This document shows positions 8,740 to 17,397 of a stretch of 64,000 nt of DNA, piece by piece (position 1 is the stretch's first letter; each line of letters starts with the position of its first letter). The notes beneath the pieces are model-generated. The model saw only the letters and a program-made list of their open reading frames with translations. It did not search any database and had not been told where the DNA came from. The stretch comes from a virus. The stretch spans positions 1-64,000 of IMG/VR virus record IMGVR_UViG_3300031463_000004; one strand, given 5' to 3'. The translations under genes were made by a program, and so were the position numbers.

Positions 8740-10168
8740 GATTTCCGCGTATCCACTGTCGCTCAGTGTGAGTGGAAGCTTTCCTACTTGCCGTATTTAT
8801 TCTCTCCAGCACAGGACCCCATACCTTCTTCTTCTCATCAGGCACACCTTTGTCCTCATACCGTTCCAGGATTCTCCTCTTCAATAGTCCCGAATAGTAC
8901 TTGTCGGGCCCAATCTCACGTTCTTCTTTTCCAATCCCTCTTGGGGTTGTTGCCCGCACTCCAGTCCAAAGAATCTCTTGCGCTTCGGTTGGATGGAGAA
9001 GGCCTTCTGAGATCTTCTGAACTATCTCGCTGTTCTCCAAGATGTCTTTCCCAGTCACATCAACAGGATTCGTATTCAGATACCTTGCAAACTTTCTTAC
9101 GACGTATTCGAGAACTGTGTATTGTGCGGCACTCAGTGTCTCTATTCTTCTCCCATTGAACACAAGCGGACTGAGCAACCGTGCCAGCCATGTGTCTATT
9201 ACAACTGCATTCGGGTCGCCCAGAAGAGCTCGCGCAAAGTTCTTCGTCTTTGGCCCATTAAGCGCACCAAGGCCATCTCTAAATATCCTCTTAACTGCTG
9301 TTTCAACGGATGGGAGCCTATCCACGTATTCATCCCCAAGAAGATAGGACTCATAGGCTCTAATGAACTTATCAATATTCTCTGACATAGAGACCCTTGG
9401 GCTTGTTGCTGCAAGAAGTGCAACAACAATTTCCCTCTCCTTGTCGTCTGGGAAATACTGTCTTAGCTTTTCTGCAGTTCTACGGTACCATCCGTATCCT
9501 GGTGTACCCCTGGAAAAGACATCGAGTATTGTATCAAACAAGTCTCGAACAGACCCATTATTTATCATCCTAGTGAATTTTCTCAACTTCTTGTCCCGGA
9601 GTAATTGATGTATAGATGTGTAGACCTGCCTGAGAATGGTATCCACTGAACCTTCAAATTCTGGAGCTATATCCCGGATGATGTCTAACGCTTTATCACG
9701 GACGCTGTCCCGCCATTCCTGGAACCCATTGAACTCACGTGTAGACTGAATATAGTCATCAAGTAATTCAGCCTTCAGCGTACCAATCAGATCTACTGGG
9801 TATTGTCTTGCCCGCAGTAGAATGGAACGTCTAGTAGGGGCCTCGCCGACGAACCTCCGCTTTCCCTCATTCGGTCTTGTGTGGGAGTCTCGGCAAAAGC
9901 CCCTATTCTGGGTCCGTGAACGGATGTAATCTTCCGTCACGGAGATAATGTCGTCGTAATCGTAAATGCTAATAGGACCATTATGGTCAAGAAGGGATGC
10001 CGCAAGGACGTGGAGAGCGACATCACCTGTACTCCCCTCCACTCTCGATAACGTCTCCCTGGCGTACTCCAGCACTCTAATGAGCGCCGGTGCGTCTATT
10101 GTACATGCAATAGATGCTACCGCCCTGTGGCGGCTATCCGAACTCTTGCGCTGAAGTTTAATGGCCAT
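8717..10168 (-). CDS. Phage protein with DNA-glycosylase-like (DUF7178/HhH-like) domain
   Basis: WY..ALLAATSP..N..GPKT.NF..ALLGD..VVIDTW motif series; GGAGG before ATG 10168. Confidence 0.6.
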   Translation of the reverse strand: MAIKLQRKSSDSRHRAVASIACTIDAPALIRVLEYARETLSRVEGSTGDVALHVLAASLLDHNGPISIYDYDDIISVTEDYIRSRTQNRGFCRDSHTRPNEGKRRFVGEAPTRRSILLRARQYPVDLIGTLKAELLDDYIQSTREFNGFQEWRDSVRDKALDIIRDIAPEFEGSVDTILRQVYTSIHQLLRDKKLRKFTRMINNGSVRDLFDTILDVFSRGTPGYGWYRRTAEKLRQYFPDDKEREIVVALLAATSPRVSMSENIDKFIRAYESYLLGDEYVDRLPSVETAVKRIFRDGLGALNGPKTKNFARALLGDPNAVVIDTWLARLLSPLVFNGRRIETLSAAQYTVLEYVVRKFARYLNTNPVDVTGKDILENSEIVQKISEGLLHPTEAQEILWTGVRATTPRGIGKEEREIGPDKYYSGLLKRRILERYEDKGVPDEKKKVWGPVLERINTASRKASTHTERQWIRGNREPSRVR

Positions 10169-10685
10169 TGAATGCCTCCAACAGAGAATGAGTTTACCTA
10201 TACCAGGATGCGAAGAGTAAAGAAATACCAACGAGAAATCCGTATCTCATAATGACCCTTGGATCTTATTGTGTGGTACAGGAGAAAGAATCAGGAGAAC
10301 CGCTATCAAGGTTCTCCATATTACTAGCAGGGATTGATATGTGGAACAGCGCTCACTATATTATGCGCAAGGATTGATATCGCGGACGTCTCCAGACGGT
10401 ACGTATTGCGTATCCTTTTGGGCGCCCAAAAGGATCGAGTGGGAGACCCGTCACTCCATCTGCTCCCAGTTAAAATTGGCCCTTTTATGGAGGTTTCAGG
10501 AATATATGGACTGGAATAATAGCCTCTAGGACCGGCTTGAGGATAACCTCCTGCTTCTGCAGCTCCCTGCCACGTTGGTTCTTTCCTCCCAGGTCATGCC
10601 CATCTCCTTGAACACCATGCGAAACACTCCTTTGTGTCCAAAGAAAGTGAGGGCAGTTCACAACCCCGTATCCCGTTACAAACGA

Positions 10686-10751
10686 GCTCATATAAGCGCT
10701 TGTATGATATGAGCGCGCATGTATTTTATGCGCAGCGCACATAAAATGCGC
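10686..10751. repeat. Cluster of imperfect palindromes downstream of the methyltransferase (island edge, possible terminator)
   Basis: GCTCATAT..ATATGAGC and ATTTTATG..CATAAAAT arms. Confidence 0.45.
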
Positions 10752-10764
10752 CTTTCCCTAATTT

Positions 10765-12297
10765 TTACACGCCCATTAATGTTGCTTGTTTCGGCTCTGC
10801 ATACTTTGCCAGACCTTCTGCACGTACAAGATGATCAGGCAATGAAAGCCGTTCCAATGCCCGAGGTTCAACCTTTATCGCTCCGCTGCCGTAGGACTTG
10901 CCAACCTTCCGCAAGTTGGCAATGGTTTCAGGGTGTGAGAGCACTTTCCAAAGGTGCTCAATGAAATCTGCATTCGCAAACTTTGGATAAACGCATAGGA
11001 GGCATGTAAGAGGCACCACGCCTGCATAATTTCTAATGAAGCGTAAGTTTCTTCGCCCAAGGTACGCAAACATAATCGGGGGAATCTTTCGAGTCTCCAT
11101 TCGATACCACGGTTTGCGTTTCTGAATGAGCGATTTCTTGTCAATGCCTCGGTTCTCTCCTTCTATCAAATACGCCTGAACCGTAGGTGGGAGGTCATCG
11201 AAAGACAATCCGTTTACGCATAGTAGGCGAGTCGGTCTGGAAGAAGCTTCGAGCCGTTCGATATCTTCATTCGTGAATTGTTCTCCCTGAATATCTCGCG
11301 TTCGGCCCACTGCCTTGACGAGAAATGAATCTGGTATGCCCAATTCCTTTGCCCGTCTTAACGTCATGAAGAAAAACTCATTATCTCCGGTCACGATGCC
11401 GCGCATGACCGATGCAAAGTCGCCAAGGGTGTAGCGGTCTGGTCTGGCTTGCGAAGGCGGACGAGAGAGTCCAGTCGCTAGGGCTTCTTCGACAGTCCTA
11501 CGGTGGACTTCTATCGTCTCATATTTTGACTGCCTAATGCCTGAAAGCAGAGACACCAGTTCTTCTGAGTTCTCCCGCAAACACTTCACCCAATAGAAGT
11601 CCTTCTCTGGGTATTCGTTCCTGATGCAGAGTACCAATACGTTGGTGTCTATACCAGGAAAGGGCGTTGCATCGGGGCAGAATGTAATTACGACATCTAT
11701 CCGGTACTGGGAGGCAATCCACTGCCACAGTTTCTGCGCAAAGACGCCCTCACAGATATCGGAAGACACAATATAACAGAGTCGTCCTCCTGGTGACAGT
11801 GTTTGGAGCGCACGGATGAGGAAATAGACATGCAGCCCTGCGCGTCCATCGATATTTTTCCCGGTAGCCTTTCGAGCAAAGTCGCGCAGGGATGCCTTCT
11901 GCGACGTTGAAAGACGGTGATGTCGGATGTATGGGGGATTCGCAACGATTGCCGGGAACTTCTCGGATGGAGGGTCAAGAACGAAGTCCCGTATCTCCAC
12001 ATTGTGCAGGTCGGAGTCGGTCAGACCTGATTGGTGAGCTTGCGCAAAGATGGTCGGATCAATATCACGCCCGAAAAGGGTCAAATCAAACTCATGCAAT
12101 TTGGAATAGCGTTTTGCGGCGCGAAAAAACACGCCTTCACCCAGGGCAGGGTCGAGCATTTTTTTCGGGTGTTCACGTAAAGCATAGGCGACCATGAACT
12201 CCGCCACCCAGTCTGGTGTCCAGAACTGCCCTTTATTTCGGAGCGTTTCTCGCTCGCAACCTGACGCCGATAGCGCTTGATATCGTGCTCGCTTCAT
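10765..12297 (-). CDS. N6-adenine DNA methyltransferase (gamma class, type II RM-like)
   Basis: GQFWTP, LDPALGEGVF (motif I), NPPY (motif IV), C-terminal target-recognition region. Confidence 0.92.
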   Translation of the reverse strand: MKRARYQALSASGCERETLRNKGQFWTPDWVAEFMVAYALREHPKKMLDPALGEGVFFRAAKRYSKLHEFDLTLFGRDIDPTIFAQAHQSGLTDSDLHNVEIRDFVLDPPSEKFPAIVANPPYIRHHRLSTSQKASLRDFARKATGKNIDGRAGLHVYFLIRALQTLSPGGRLCYIVSSDICEGVFAQKLWQWIASQYRIDVVITFCPDATPFPGIDTNVLVLCIRNEYPEKDFYWVKCLRENSEELVSLLSGIRQSKYETIEVHRRTVEEALATGLSRPPSQARPDRYTLGDFASVMRGIVTGDNEFFFMTLRRAKELGIPDSFLVKAVGRTRDIQGEQFTNEDIERLEASSRPTRLLCVNGLSFDDLPPTVQAYLIEGENRGIDKKSLIQKRKPWYRMETRKIPPIMFAYLGRRNLRFIRNYAGVVPLTCLLCVYPKFANADFIEHLWKVLSHPETIANLRKVGKSYGSGAIKVEPRALERLSLPDHLVRAEGLAKYAEPKQATLMGV

Positions 12298-12464
12298 AGG
12301 GCCTGCTTGATAGAATCCAGAATGGTCAAAACCTGCTCCGCCAAAGGCATCGAAGCGGCGTCAGTGGAAACGCCGGTTTGCTGCCCCAGCAGAATTTCCA
12401 TGTAGTCGTATCCCATACTTCGTTCTGGAAAGACGAACAGATCCGCGGCGAGTGCGTCACTCAT
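12294..12464 (-). pseudogene. 56-aa ORF, probable deletion-junction chimera (start of the ATPase partner gene fused to end of the gene preceding the MTase)
   Basis: MSDALAADLFV...EQVLTILDSIKQAL; start overlaps upstream ATPase stop and stop overlaps MTase ATG. Confidence 0.5.
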
Positions 12465-13692
12465 CGAGCATCCCTCTCAGCAGCAGGCTCTCGAAGAGGC
12501 TGTCCTCCGTTGCGGTCGTGAGTGCAGCAGCAATCTCGTGATCCTTGAACAGATGGCCTGTGATGGGGAAGGGCTCAACGACTGTCGCCTGCCCGTCGCG
12601 CCGCACGTTGAACAGTCCGACGCCGTCTGGCCGCGAGCACGCACCTTTCAGCACGGCATCGCAGAACAGGGGCGAGTGCGTGGTGACGATGACCTGGCGC
12701 CCTTGCTCCAAAGCCAGGGAGAGCAGGAGTTGCGCGATTAACTCGATCCGGCGGGGATGGATACCGTTCTCTGGTTCTTCGAATGCGAGCAATGATCCGC
12801 CCCACGGGTTCACTACGATTGCACACAATGCCAAGACGCGCAGCGTCCCATCCGACACGATACGAGATGAGTATTCAACGCCAGACTGCCGGACGAGAAT
12901 GTCGAGCGTGCCACGCCGCTCGTCAAGGTCCACGGTGAGATCTTCGACGCTGGGCACGAGCGACTGGAGCGTCCGCACAATCGCCTGGAAATGTTTCGGG
13001 TACTCGGCACGAAGCCGATATAGGAACGGCGCGATATCACCTCCACGCACACCGATGTCATCCACGCCAGATGGCGGTCTCGCCTCACGCATGGTGATGT
13101 GTGGGTCGAGGTAATAGGTATGCCACCCCGACAACTCCAGCCGTGTATATTCAATAGACCGGTACATAGGCATTCCAAGCCGTTGGTCTGATAGGATCGC
13201 ATGGTTCTGCCGGAGAGGTTCATTCCGAGGCTTTCCTGCCTCTCTCTTCCGCCGAACTCGCAGGTTACCCTCGACTTGTTCGATAGCGGCAAGACCATTC
13301 GGGTTTCCATCTCGTCCTAAGTCGGTAAGGTATTCATCAGCCACGGAGAGCACACCGGAGGCCGGGGCGATCTCAACGGCGATACGATAGCGATAGGCAT
13401 CTTTCTTCTGCGTGAGGTCTGCTTCTAGGGAGAACTTCGCGGCCGACGACGAGAGCAACTCACCCTGCCCGGAGGATGGAAAGGAGAACGCCTCGACAGG
13501 GTAACCCCGGATTGGCTCACGGAGGGCGTCCCTAAGCGTGCGCTGGGTGCCGATGCGGGAGAGTGCCTGTATCGCATCGAGAAGGTTGCTCTTTCCGGCA
13601 GCGTTTGGACCGAAGAGCACCGCCATTCTCGGAAACTTCACCTCCACATCCTTCAAGGACTTGAAGCCGCATACTGTGAGACTCTTGAGCAT
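12457..13692 (-). CDS. ABC-type ATPase (AAA_21/AAA_15 family, defence-associated)
   Basis: GPNAAGKS Walker A, SDGT signature, FEEPE Walker B, TTHS H-loop. Confidence 0.9.
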   Translation of the reverse strand: MLKSLTVCGFKSLKDVEVKFPRMAVLFGPNAAGKSNLLDAIQALSRIGTQRTLRDALREPIRGYPVEAFSFPSSGQGELLSSSAAKFSLEADLTQKKDAYRYRIAVEIAPASGVLSVADEYLTDLGRDGNPNGLAAIEQVEGNLRVRRKREAGKPRNEPLRQNHAILSDQRLGMPMYRSIEYTRLELSGWHTYYLDPHITMREARPPSGVDDIGVRGGDIAPFLYRLRAEYPKHFQAIVRTLQSLVPSVEDLTVDLDERRGTLDILVRQSGVEYSSRIVSDGTLRVLALCAIVVNPWGGSLLAFEEPENGIHPRRIELIAQLLLSLALEQGRQVIVTTHSPLFCDAVLKGACSRPDGVGLFNVRRDGQATVVEPFPITGHLFKDHEIAAALTTATEDSLFESLLLRGMLDE

Positions 13693-13701
13693 GACCGTCT
13701 C

Positions 13702-13761
13702 CTACCTTGGCACCGCCAGGAGCATCGGATCGAGAAGTCGCTTCTCCTCGCTGTCCTTGTC
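13702..13761 (-). pseudogene. 3' stump of a deleted gene (DKDSEEKRLLDPMLLAVPR*), resembling a DUF1156 protein C-terminus
   Basis: Start-less reading ending in TAG just before the next RBS; family match from memory, unverified. Confidence 0.45.
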
Positions 13762-14899
13762 AATCGTCTCCGACCAGAGCGAGTTGCGAGACTTGTTCAG
13801 GTTTAGTTTTCTGGAACACTGATTCTACCATCGAGAGTCCACTATCGAGTAGGCGGCGAGTATCCTGGTAGGAGGACGCCAGTTTCGCATCGGTACCCGC
13901 AACTCCTGGAACAAGCAGCAGAACTTCGTCGAGCCCTATACCCTCGTCCAGGAGCAGACTGGGAGAATGCGTGCTGAGGAAGATCTGGCGACCAGTTCGG
14001 CGTTGCAAGCGCTCCAGCATTTGTGGCAGAACGCACACGACCTCGGGGTGCAGGGAGAGCTCAGGCTCTTCTAGCAAGAGAAGTCCCTCCCCTTCTATGA
14101 CGGCCCAGAGAAGCCCAATCAGCCGTAGCGTACCATCGGAGAACTGCTCCTCAGTTTGCCGTGCGTCTTGCTGGCACCAGTGCTTGTACTTACCCCACAA
14201 GTGCGGGGTTCCACATACATCACGACATAGCCCGATTTCTTGCATCTGGGGCACGGCGACCTGGAGAGCCACTTGGATACGCCTCAATCTCGCCTTGAGC
14301 GTTTTCTCAGGGGTCTTGGCGATCTGCTCTAGAAAGTCACCACCAAACGGGTCATTGGCCCGACCGACTGAGCGAGCGGGATCCCGCACGAGCTGGGGCA
14401 CAATGTGCAGATATCGGGTTGAGGCAAAGAAGGTTACGATGTCGCGGAAGTCGCGATTGACATTTACCTGTTCGAGAAACGTTTGTGTCAAGCGGGCAGG
14501 ATCAGCATTGTCATGCTCATCAGGCCGGCAGAAAAGCACCTCGCCCTGCCGCAAGACACGCTCTTTCTTCAGCAGCGGACGGCACTGCGGGTCCTGATTA
14601 AATGCCACCTCATAGACCCATATCCTTCCATCGTTCGCTTCCTGAAGTTCGACAAGAAGCTCGATGTCTGGATGACGTCTAGCGGAGAGACAGCGAATGG
14701 CACGCACGCCGCCGCGACGAGTCACAGCCTCTTGGAAACCGCCTCCAGAAGAGGAGAGATCGCGCAAGAAACGAAACGCATCCAAGAAGTTCGACTTTCC
14801 CGAGGCGTTCGGCCCAACGATGAACATTCGGTCTGGAATCTCGACCTCCACGTTCTGAAAATTTTTCCAGTTTCTGAGTACGAGTTTACGAAATCTCAT
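13760..14899 (-). CDS. ABC-type ATPase (AAA_21 family, defence-associated)
   Basis: GPNASGKS, FSDGTLR, LLLEEPE, STHS. Confidence 0.9.
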   Translation of the reverse strand: MRFRKLVLRNWKNFQNVEVEIPDRMFIVGPNASGKSNFLDAFRFLRDLSSSGGGFQEAVTRRGGVRAIRCLSARRHPDIELLVELQEANDGRIWVYEVAFNQDPQCRPLLKKERVLRQGEVLFCRPDEHDNADPARLTQTFLEQVNVNRDFRDIVTFFASTRYLHIVPQLVRDPARSVGRANDPFGGDFLEQIAKTPEKTLKARLRRIQVALQVAVPQMQEIGLCRDVCGTPHLWGKYKHWCQQDARQTEEQFSDGTLRLIGLLWAVIEGEGLLLLEEPELSLHPEVVCVLPQMLERLQRRTGRQIFLSTHSPSLLLDEGIGLDEVLLLVPGVAGTDAKLASSYQDTRRLLDSGLSMVESVFQKTKPEQVSQLALVGDD

Positions 14900-14985
14900 T
14901 CAGAATCTCCATACAGCAGCGGTTCCTCCAGAACCTGAATCGGCTGCGCCCGAACATCCACCAGTAGAGCACTCGTACTCCATGA
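14896..14985 (-). pseudogene. Probable 3' stump of an upstream host gene (..LLVDVRAQPIQVLEEPLLYGDSE*)
   Basis: Stop overlaps the ATPase ATG (ATGA); tail recalls SNF2/DUF3883 helicase ends, unverified. Confidence 0.3.
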
Positions 14986-15065
14986 CCACCCGCATTGACG
15001 TGGCCTCAGTCTCCTGATTGGGCTTAGGCTGCTGGACCTCGGGCGTTTCTCGCCCTAGATGGATA

Positions 15066-15314
15066 CTACTTGGAGCTAAGACACTTACGATGATAACTGT
15101 TAGCGATGAGGGGCCCAGCGTCTACACCACGTCCGCATATTCTACATCTTCCTGGCATAGCATGAGACACGCTGGAACTACCACACATTGAACAGTATCC
15201 GTGAATATCTAGCCACACGAACTGCCTACAGTCTTCGCACCAATACTGCACTCTAGTATTGAGCTTGGGTGGGATATAGGTGGAAGAATCCGGTCTTTGC
15301 ATACCAGCCTCCAC
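15066..15314 (-). CDS. Small zinc-ribbon protein
   Basis: CEDC, CSMC, CRIC, HxxC. Confidence 0.6.
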   Translation of the reverse strand: MEAGMQRPDSSTYIPPKLNTRVQYWCEDCRQFVWLDIHGYCSMCGSSSVSHAMPGRCRICGRGVDAGPLIANSYHRKCLSSK

Positions 15315-15333
15315 CTATGACTAACACACCACG

Positions 15334-15696
15334 CTACTCGCCCCTTATCCAGGCCACGAGTCCAATACTCCCCTTCTTATTCTTGAAGAAGTGGACTTGT
15401 CGCAGCCTCTCTTTTGCCGCCTTCAGGCTGTCGTAAGTTCCCAGATTTCTCCCCTCTTCCGAATACACCCGCCACTTATTTTTCCCTGGGAGTTTCCGAA
15501 TATATGAACTGAATCTCCTGGATGCCCGGATTCCCTTCTCGTAGTATCCAGAACTCGGAGTATTCTGCTGAGCTGACCCCGAATCGTGTTGATACATTCT
15601 CGGGGAACCAGACTGAGCTGGAGCTCCGCGCTCCGTAATCCAAGAGTCCTCCTCAGGTACCTCAAACCACCGCCTTCGTCTCAACCGTCCCATCAC
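15334..15696 (-). CDS. Small basic phage protein
   Basis: C-terminal KWRVYSEEGRNLGTYDSLKAAKERLRQV module; ends WIRGE. Confidence 0.65.
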   Translation of the reverse strand: MMGRLRRRRWFEVPEEDSWITERGAPAQSGSPRMYQHDSGSAQQNTPSSGYYEKGIRASRRFSSYIRKLPGKNKWRVYSEEGRNLGTYDSLKAAKERLRQVHFFKNKKGSIGLVAWIRGE

Positions 15697-16196
15697 ACGA
15701 CCTCCAGAGGCATCACATCGAAACCAAATAGCGCCATAGACGCAGCCGATTTCTCACTCCATGGCATATCTTCCCTAGTCACAGCCCCATCGTGGAATAC
15801 ATATTTCACACAATCGTACACCCAGGAATCTTCATCCGTGTATGCGATGAGGGCGTATACAGGGATCCCAATAGTGCTAGAGTGCACTAGATTGAGAGAT
15901 TGTATATGTAAATAACCGTCATGCCCACGTTCTACGGTGGCCCTAGAGACAAGTAATCTATCAACAGAATAGTTATGGATTGGGGCATCTCCAGGGATTA
16001 CACCCGATATATATTCTGGGTACACTGGATCGTCAACAAATTCTCCGTTACGGAAATAGATGTAGACCCCAGGGACTAGCATCTCTGGAGTGTCATTCAG
16101 GCACACCCGAATAAATTCCCCAATGGTGCAGAGGAGCTTCTCATGATGCTGTGGGTCCCTAAGGTTCGTCGTAGACCGCATCAGATACAGCCTCAA
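15693..16196 (-). CDS. Hypothetical protein
   Basis: Overlapping operon arrangement. Confidence 0.55.
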   Translation of the reverse strand: MRLYLMRSTTNLRDPQHHEKLLCTIGEFIRVCLNDTPEMLVPGVYIYFRNGEFVDDPVYPEYISGVIPGDAPIHNYSVDRLLVSRATVERGHDGYLHIQSLNLVHSSTIGIPVYALIAYTDEDSWVYDCVKYVFHDGAVTREDMPWSEKSAASMALFGFDVMPLEVV

Positions 16197-16507
16197 CCAG
16201 ATTCACAAGGTCTTTGCGGCGTACCAGATCCTTCCGTAGGAGAAGTCTTACCGTACTCGGGCTAACCTGTTCTACTACACAATCAACACTTACGTTGATC
16301 TCTGCAAGTCTCTCTGGATTAATATGCGCGTGTCTGAACTCCCGAAGTACGACGTATCTGCGCGGGTCAAAAACAATGCTGGAGACACGGATTCTACGTT
16401 TCCGGTTTCGTAATACCGATACACTACGTTTAGGTCTAGAACGCTCTACTCTATGCTTGTCTCTTTCTTTTTCTATCTGCTTCTTCTTCACATATAGAGA
16501 CCGCACG
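16159..16507 (-). CDS. Basic hypothetical protein
   Basis: Operonic ORF; start uncertain (GTG after GAGGAG). Confidence 0.45.
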
Positions 16508-16508
16508 C

Positions 16509-16910
16509 CTATATCTCCTCGACTTCTTCTTCCATTCCAGGCACTTCTAGAACCAAATCGCGGTAATCTTTCCACACTTTGTACAAATGCTTACACAAGT
16601 AACAACTTCTTCCAGGGTTCCTTACTACCGGAGGAGCCCCATTCGAATGTAACACGACACTGGCCCCACGAGAGGCCATCGCAACCTCAAGATTGTACAT
16701 AAAGTAAGGGCAACTACAGTTACATATCACATTCCTACCGTCTTTCTTCAAGCCCACCCACACGAGATAGTTGTCCTCTCCGGACGCAACAAAAACATGC
16801 ACCGGACCTACCTTGGAGACGTCTGTCATACCTTCGTAGGTCACACTCACAGATGCCGCCCTGGCACGGATAGGAGATGGGGTAGCCCTAGCCAGCTCAT
16901 CGAACGTCAT
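16509..16910 (-). CDS. SWIM zinc-finger protein
   Basis: CxCP...CKH. Confidence 0.7.
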   Translation of the reverse strand: MTFDELARATPSPIRARAASVSVTYEGMTDVSKVGPVHVFVASGEDNYLVWVGLKKDGRNVICNCSCPYFMYNLEVAMASRGASVVLHSNGAPPVVRNPGRSCYLCKHLYKVWKDYRDLVLEVPGMEEEVEEI

Positions 16911-16938
16911 CCGGATGAGCCCTCCTCAGATGTTCATT

Positions 16939-17397
16939 CTACTTTTGTTTCTTATTCGGGAGTAAAACCCTCCCGGCTAGAAGTTCGGATATAGCCCAGA
17001 GAATGAGGTCGTTTCTGCTAATGTGTAGGTCAACAGCTTTCTTTTTCAATTCTTCATGCATTTTCGTGGGGACTCGGACTTCCACAGGGACAAAAATTCT
17101 AGCCGCAGACTCTGCTGAAAATGCAGCTTCTGTCGCGGCAGTTAGAAGAGCCCGCGCGGTCTTTTGAACATCCTGAACCTGGAAGCCAGAGAGGAAACTG
17201 GTCAAATAGTCCAGTACGACAGAATCCGGTCTCCCTTTCGTAAGCATCTTCTCGCATACGTGAATCAGGCGGTGACATCTGGTACAGATTCTGCGTATAT
17301 TCTGTGCGTGGTCTTGCCCCCCCTTCGACCTTTTGGTTAAATGGTGTACATCAGAAGTGTTCTCGTCAACCAGTTCCCCACAGAAGTAGCACTTCAA
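16939..17397 (-). CDS. HNH endonuclease with C-terminal ribbon-helix-helix domain
   Basis: CYFC..HH..GG..N..CTRCH..H; C-terminal VEVRVPTKMHEELKKKA..ISRNDLI. Confidence 0.75.
   Translation of the reverse strand: MKCYFCGELVDENTSDVHHLTKRSKGGQDHAQNIRRICTRCHRLIHVCEKMLTKGRPDSVVLDYLTSFLSGFQVQDVQKTARALLTAATEAAFSAESAARIFVPVEVRVPTKMHEELKKKAVDLHISRNDLILWAISELLAGRVLLPNKKQK

Larger units (their letters stand above)
10750..15060 (-). mobile_element. Horizontally acquired GC-richer island of bacterial defence genes
   Basis: Visible shift to GC-rich codons; bacterial defence-type content; boundaries approximate, no integrase seen. Confidence 0.65.

Noticed and set aside
12545-14938. Long + strand ORFs within the island
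   Set aside because: Antisense shadows of GC-rich ATPase genes with no motifs.
10500-15100. Integrase, att sites or target-site duplication for the island
   Set aside because: None could be identified by eye; boundaries remain approximate.
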